A stretch of 64,000 nt of DNA, taken from the NCBI GenBank assembly GCA_963805975.1, contig CAWDVR010000003.1:384001-448000 (forward strand). The letters run 5' to 3'. The stretch comes from an uncultured Acidobacteriota bacterium (GTDB taxonomy: Bacteria; Acidobacteriota; Thermoanaerobaculia; Multivoradales; SZUA-115). Made by a program: the position numbers and the translations under genes. Under the pieces are notes generated by a model. The model was not told the origin of the DNA and did no database searches. It worked only from the letters and a program-made list of their open reading frames with translations. Positions 59,260-64,000 of the stretch are shown here, one piece after another (position 1 is the first letter of the stretch; each line of letters begins with the position of its first letter).

Positions 59260-59372
59260 CTCGTGCCGGAGCCGCTGCCGGGCTCCGGTCCTGCGGGGCC
59301 GCCGGGCCGCCTTTGGCGCCCGTGTTGACGACGACCCCGGCCCGCAAAGGCGGGCGGCTACTCCCCAACCGT
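59245..59372 (-). ncRNA. yybP-ykoY (Mn2+) riboswitch
   Basis: Minus strand GGGGAGTAGC...CGTCAACAC...GGCGAGACC consensus blocks upstream of a TerC gene. Confidence 0.9.
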
Positions 59373-59429
59373 TCGCCGGCCCGAACAATGCGGCGGGATG
59401 AGATATTCCCGCTCCAGGATGCCTTGAGC

Positions 59430-59455
59430 TGTCATCCTGAGCGCAGCGAAGGATC
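59430..59455. repeat. Dispersed 26-bp REP-like repeat, copy 2
   Basis: Identical to 42195-42220. Confidence 0.85.
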
Positions 59456-59467
59456 TTGTCCACGGGC

Positions 59468-59559
59468 AGTGGTTTCGGTCCCAGGTGCCCTGGTGCGGTG
59501 CTCGAGCTCCCTGGCGGGCGGCCTGCGCTCCTCCCAGGGCACCTGGGACCGAAACCACT
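59468..59559. repeat. Hairpin element B: perfect 26-bp arms, 40-nt loop
   Basis: AGTGGTTTCGGTCCCAGGTGCCCTGG (59468-59493) is the exact reverse complement of 59534-59559. Confidence 0.9.
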
Positions 59560-60508
59560 ACTGCCGCGCCTCGTAGCCGCTCACGGCGCGCACCACCACG
59601 CCTTTCCGCTTCACCTGCACCTCGACCGTGCGCCGGCCGCCGGAGGCCAGGGGCACGGTGGGGTAGTAGGTCAGGAGGTAGGCGCTCCGGAGCTCGTTCT
59701 CGATGCGCTGGTAGATCGTCGTGAGGTCGCCTTCGGTGGGCACGAAGTAGACGTCGCCGCCGCCCGCCCTCGCCATGCGCTCGAGCTTGGCGATGAAGCC
59801 TCGGGTCTGGAAGTCCCGCCCGCCGCTCCGCGCCGCCTGGTTGTTGGTGACGATCATGTAGACCGGCAGGCCGGCGGCCCGCGCCCTGGCATAGGCCTCG
59901 CGGTAGGCCCTGCCGCCGTCCTCGTCGGCGCCGTCGAAGAAGACGATCAGCGCCCGCTTGCCGCGCGAGCGCCCGAGCTCGTCGAGCGACAGCGTGATCG
60001 AGGCCCAGAGCGGCGTCATGCCCTTGGGCTCCAGGCCTCGCAGCCCGTCCTTCACCCGGTCGAGCGCGCCGGTGGTGCCCGTCACCAGCTCCGGCTCGGC
60101 GCCGAAGCTCACCAGGAAGGCGCGGTCCCGAGCCGGGGTGAGGCTCGTGACCAGGTCTCCCGCGGCCTTCACCACGGCCGGCAGCTTGACGAACATCGAG
60201 GCCGAGGTGTCGATCGACAGCCCGACGGTGACCGGCAGGTCGCGCGAGGTGGTGGCCGTCTCGAGCTGCTGCTCCACGCCGTTCTCGCGCACCACGAAGT
60301 CGGCGGCGGTGAGGTCGGTGATGGTGGCGCCGCTCTTGTCCGTGGCGGTGACGTAGAGCTCGGTCAGCCGCACGTCGATCGACTCGCCGAAACCGGCCGG
60401 CGGCTCCACGGCCTGCTGCGCCTCGGTCTGGGGCTGGGCCGCGACGGTGAGCGCCACGAGGGCGAGCACGGCGGCCACGGGTACGGTGAGGAGTGCGACA
60501 AACCACAC
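59558..60508 (-). CDS. Acidobacterial-type VWA domain protein (start uncertain)
   Basis: ESIDVRLTELYVTATD, DTSASM (MIDAS), TPLW, FFDGAD, ELRSAYLLTYYP. Confidence 0.88.
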   Translation of the reverse strand: MWFVALLTVPVAAVLALVALTVAAQPQTEAQQAVEPPAGFGESIDVRLTELYVTATDKSGATITDLTAADFVVRENGVEQQLETATTSRDLPVTVGLSIDTSASMFVKLPAVVKAAGDLVTSLTPARDRAFLVSFGAEPELVTGTTGALDRVKDGLRGLEPKGMTPLWASITLSLDELGRSRGKRALIVFFDGADEDGGRAYREAYARARAAGLPVYMIVTNNQAARSGGRDFQTRGFIAKLERMARAGGGDVYFVPTEGDLTTIYQRIENELRSAYLLTYYPTVPLASGGRRTVEVQVKRKGVVVRAVSGYEARQ

Positions 60509-60569
60509 GCCGTGCGTCGTTTTCCCGACAGGGCTGCGCGGCGTGGACGAAGCGGCTAGCATGCTCCCG

Positions 60570-62624
60570 ATGAGAACACGACTCGCCGTCAATGTCTTCC
60601 TCGTTCTCGCCGTTTTTCCGTCCTTCGTCGCAACACAAGCGCCGCGCCTTCCGGCCGAGGACAAGCTCGCGGTCTCCCGCGCCGAGGGATTGTTCCGCGC
60701 CGGCGAGGAGAGCGGCGAGCTGGCGGTGGAAGCCACGTTCCTGTTCCAGTCGCCCACGACGGCCGGGCAGCAGGGCCGGCTCGCCGTGCTGGTGGACCTG
60801 GCGCCGGTCCGCTCCTACGCGGGGCCGACGGCGGCCCCGGCCGGCACGCGATTCAAGCTCTCGCTGGTTGCCGACAACCGCGACGGCGATACCTGGATCG
60901 CCCACCAGACCATCGAGGCCCCGGCGGCGGCCGGGGCTCCGTTCTGGTCCTACGAGGCGGTGGTCGAGCTGCCGGGCGAGCTGCGCGACCTGGCGGTGAT
61001 CGTCGAGGAGCCGGCGAGCGGCCTGTGGGGCGGCGCCGTGGCCGAGGCCACCGACGAGGAGCTCGGGGCGCCGCGGGAAGCGGCCGTGTCCGTGGGTTCC
61101 GGCGTCTGGTCGGTGCTCGAGGCGGGAGGCGGCGGCCAAGCCGGGGCGCAGGCGCCGAGCCCTGCGCCGCAGCCGGCGGGAGCACCCCCGGTCGCCACCA
61201 CGCCCCCGGGCGGGGCTCCATCCCACGCCGGAAGTGTGCCGCCGCTCCTCGCGGCGCCCGCGGGCGAAGCCGGCTCCGCGGCGCCCGGTTCGGTGATCCG
61301 CCTGCTGCCGCCGCGCGGCCGGCGGCCGGAGAAGGGGGCCCGTTTCGACACCCTGGTCGCCGACTACGAGGTGGCGAAGGTCGAGTTCTACCTCGACGGC
61401 AAGAAGGTCTCGACCGCCACCAAGGAGCCCTTCGAGGCCCGTCTGGACCTCACCGGGCCGGGCACGGGCCAGACCGTGAAGGTGGTGGCGCTCGCCGGCG
61501 ACGGCCGCGAGCTGGGGAGCGACGCCCTGGTGGTGAACGACCCGGCGCGCTCGCTCCGCATCCGCCTCTCGAAGGTCGAGGGCGACCCGGCCGCGGGGAG
61601 CCTCGACGTCGAGGCGCAGGTGGCCGTGCCTTCCACGGTGCGGCTCGAGCGCGTCGAGCTCTACTGGAACGAGACGCTGGCGGCGCGCTTCACCGCGCCG
61701 CCCTACGCCGCCAAGGTGGCGACCGGCGGCCGGGTGGGCGAGGCGGACTACGTGCGCGCCGTGGCCTACGCGGCGGACGGCACCTCGGTCGAGGACGTGC
61801 GGCTGATGGCCTCCCGCGGCGTGGCCGAGGCGGTGGAGGTGACCCTGGTGCAGCTCTACGCCGTGGTCACCGACGGCGCCGGCAAGCCGGTGCGCGACCT
61901 CGGGCGCGAGGACTTCTCGGTGCAGCTCGGCGGCCGGGCGCAGGAGATCGCCAACGTCTCCTTCGCCACCGACGTGCCCCTGCTCCTGGGGCTGGTGATC
62001 GACACCTCGGGCAGCATGGAGCACATCATGAACGAGACCAAGCAGGCGGCGGGGCAGTTCCTGGACGGCGCGGTGCGGGACGGCGACCAGGCCTTCCTGG
62101 TGGACTTTTCGACCCGCCCCCGGCTGCGCCACCGTGCCACCGGCGACGTGATGGAGCTCATCACTAGCTTCCGTGGCATGCGCGCCGACGGTTTCACCGC
62201 ACTCTTCGACTCGATCATCTTCTCCCTGCTCGAGTTCTCGCGCGGCTCCTCGCGGCGCGCCCTGGTGCTGCTCTCGGACGGCGACGACTACGGCAGCCGC
62301 TTCGGCTCGCGGCGCGTGGTGCAGTACTCGCAGCGCATGGGGGTGCCGGTCTACGTGATCGTGCTCGGCGGCGAGCGGGCGATCCGCGGCTCGAGCCGGC
62401 TGGACCTCGAAGGCGTTACGGCCGAGTCCGGCGGGCGCCTCTACTTCGCGGACACCATGGACGACCTCGCCGGCTCCTACGCCGAGATCAACGACGAGCT
62501 GCGCAGCCAGTACCTCGTCACCTTCTACGCCCCGGCGGGGGCCAACCTCGACGCCTTGCGCGACGTGGAGGTCAAGGTCAAGCGCAAGGGCCTCGAGGTG
62601 CGCTCGGTGGTGGGGGTCGAGTAG
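60570..62624 (+). CDS. Secreted protein with Ig-like domains and C-terminal VWA domain
   Basis: KVEFYLDG, RVELYWNE, DTSGSM, TALFD, LSDGDD, ELRSQYLVTF. Confidence 0.88.
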   Translation: MRTRLAVNVFLVLAVFPSFVATQAPRLPAEDKLAVSRAEGLFRAGEESGELAVEATFLFQSPTTAGQQGRLAVLVDLAPVRSYAGPTAAPAGTRFKLSLVADNRDGDTWIAHQTIEAPAAAGAPFWSYEAVVELPGELRDLAVIVEEPASGLWGGAVAEATDEELGAPREAAVSVGSGVWSVLEAGGGGQAGAQAPSPAPQPAGAPPVATTPPGGAPSHAGSVPPLLAAPAGEAGSAAPGSVIRLLPPRGRRPEKGARFDTLVADYEVAKVEFYLDGKKVSTATKEPFEARLDLTGPGTGQTVKVVALAGDGRELGSDALVVNDPARSLRIRLSKVEGDPAAGSLDVEAQVAVPSTVRLERVELYWNETLAARFTAPPYAAKVATGGRVGEADYVRAVAYAADGTSVEDVRLMASRGVAEAVEVTLVQLYAVVTDGAGKPVRDLGREDFSVQLGGRAQEIANVSFATDVPLLLGLVIDTSGSMEHIMNETKQAAGQFLDGAVRDGDQAFLVDFSTRPRLRHRATGDVMELITSFRGMRADGFTALFDSIIFSLLEFSRGSSRRALVLLSDGDDYGSRFGSRRVVQYSQRMGVPVYVIVLGGERAIRGSSRLDLEGVTAESGGRLYFADTMDDLAGSYAEINDELRSQYLVTFYAPAGANLDALRDVEVKVKRKGLEVRSVVGVE

Positions 62625-62650
62625 CACCACGGCCGCGGTTCGCGAACGGC

Positions 62651-63940
62651 TCAGGGCGGTGGCTGGACGCGCCGGGGCTTGACGAAGATCCGCTCGAGCT
62701 CGCGGCCGGGCTGGGCCGTCGTCGCCGGGCGTGCCAGGAGCGTGGTGCGCTTGCCCGTCACCCAGGTCTCCGGCGTCGCGGCCGTCATGGGCAGCCCTTT
62801 GGCGGTCTCCACCACCCGGCGCGAGGCCACGTCCCACACCGCGGTCTCGGCCACCGTCGCCCGCGCCGCCACCAGTCGGCTCAGGGTGGCACGGCCGAGG
62901 GTGAGCGGCGCGGTGCTGAGGGAGCGCTTCTCCTGGGCCACCAGCAGCGCATGGCCGGCGTCCTGGGCCCAGCCCACCACCTTGCCGAGCGTGGCCGGCG
63001 GCTTGGAGACGGGCTCGCCGGAGCTCCGGTCTCGCAACTCGACGCAGCCGGCACCGCCGCGCTCCGGCCGGCAGGAGCCGCGCTCGATCAGCTCGTACGA
63101 CTGCTCGAGGTAGAAGGCACCGTCCGGCGAGACGTGGAAGGCGCCCGAGGGCACGGTGGAGACCCGCCGCGCGGCCACGTCGTAGCGCAGCACTTTCTTC
63201 GGCGGCTCGTCGGCCAGCACCCGGAGCAGCACCGCGTTCTCGCGCCCGCCGGTGGCCCACCCCAGCTCGTAGGGGTCGGCGGCCGCGATCGGCTCCGTGG
63301 CGCCGGTCGCGATGTCCATCAGGAAGGCGCCGCGCGGCAGGAAACCGACGCCGCCCTCGTAGTAGTCGCCCACGATGTAGGCGATCTGCTTCTCGTCCGG
63401 GCTGAAGAGGTAGCGCTGCACGTTGTCCTGGACGCGGCGGACCTCCCGGCCCGCGGCGTCGAGGACCACCAGCTCGTTTCTCGGCGGCACCTGGTACTCG
63501 CCGTCGACCACCACGCCGTCCGTCGACTCGAGCACCGCGGTGTAGCGGCTGGCCGGCGACACCGCCACCTCGAACAGCACCTTGTTCTCGGCCGCGCGGT
63601 AGAGCGGGATGCTCTTCTTCGTCACCAGGTCGGCTCTGAGCAGGAGGCGGCGGTCGGTCGTGTCGCGCTTGACGAGGAGCGGCTGCGGCTCGGCCACGGG
63701 CGGCTGTGCCGCAACGGCCGCCGCGATCGGCGGGGCGACCGCGGCCCGCGGGGAGGTTCTCCCGGTCCGTGCATCGACGGCGCCGGCTCTTGGCCGAGCG
63801 TCGGCTCTCCCGGCCCGTGCATCGACGGCCGGTTGGCGCGTTGGCCGCTCGGCCCGCGGCTGCTGGGCCAGAGAGCCGGCAGCCGCGAGCACGGCCAGGA
63901 GGCAGCAGCCGGCGACCTTCCAGGCAACGTGGCCGCTCAC
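62651..63940 (-). CDS. Secreted protein with partial TolB-like beta-propeller
   Basis: Signal peptide, VSPASRY, FSPDEKQIAY, VSPDGAFY. Confidence 0.7.
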   Translation of the reverse strand: MSGHVAWKVAGCCLLAVLAAAGSLAQQPRAERPTRQPAVDARAGRADARPRAGAVDARTGRTSPRAAVAPPIAAAVAAQPPVAEPQPLLVKRDTTDRRLLLRADLVTKKSIPLYRAAENKVLFEVAVSPASRYTAVLESTDGVVVDGEYQVPPRNELVVLDAAGREVRRVQDNVQRYLFSPDEKQIAYIVGDYYEGGVGFLPRGAFLMDIATGATEPIAAADPYELGWATGGRENAVLLRVLADEPPKKVLRYDVAARRVSTVPSGAFHVSPDGAFYLEQSYELIERGSCRPERGGAGCVELRDRSSGEPVSKPPATLGKVVGWAQDAGHALLVAQEKRSLSTAPLTLGRATLSRLVAARATVAETAVWDVASRRVVETAKGLPMTAATPETWVTGKRTTLLARPATTAQPGRELERIFVKPRRVQPPP

Positions 63941-64000
63941 GGCGAGCCCCCGGCCGCGGACGGTGCGTTCAGGCGCAGGTGGAAATGATTGCTGTGGCCC
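63937..64000 (-). CDS. 3' end of an upstream gene, possible MepA/M15-like zinc peptidase
   Basis: Translates GHSNHFHLRLNAPSAAGGSP-stop; GTGA overlap with the next gene. Confidence 0.45.
   Translation of the reverse strand, partial: GHSNHFHLRLNAPSAAGGSP

Noticed and set aside
59358-63260. 1300-aa minus-strand ORF
   Set aside because: Shadow or off-frame reading over the VWA genes and repeats; no domain signal.
63755-63835. Direct repeat CCGTGCATCGACGGC
   Set aside because: A short coding duplication (AVDARxGR) in a disordered linker.

Overview
Very GC-rich bacterial chromosomal window. The gene content points by inference to Acidobacteriota, probably class Thermoanaerobaculia: four ADOP-type duplicated orphan ABC permeases, two acidobacterial-type VWA proteins, and secreted proteins ending in F-x-DGFE-x-G. 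About 55 genes can be supported. Housekeeping and metabolic genes include ggt, a PPK2, an RluA-type synthase, dacB, dcd, glpX, an acyl-CoA dehydrogenase, an MPG glycosylase and a NupC-type transporter. Regulatory and accessory genes include PP2C/anti-sigma/STAS signalling, two type II TA pairs, a rhombotarget lipoprotein plus rhombosortase, and a yybP-ykoY riboswitch in front of a TerC gene. No rRNA, tRNA, CRISPR array or intact transposase/integrase was seen. The most unusual signals are: (1) two related ~90-bp intergenic hairpin elements (41135-41222, 59468-59559) with perfect but different arms, a conserved 40-nt loop and five CCWGG sites each; (2) a fixed-length 19-aa C-terminal motif on three unrelated secreted proteins, a candidate sorting signal; (3) a Pro/His-rich-leader protein with an AT-richer, nuclease-like C-terminal domain, a candidate polymorphic effector; (4) an SdpA/SdpB-like (HTTM) gene pair; (5) several decay scars, including a type I HsdM fragment wedged between a truncated IMPase and a nitronate monooxygenase. 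All family calls come from motif recognition by eye; no database searches were run.
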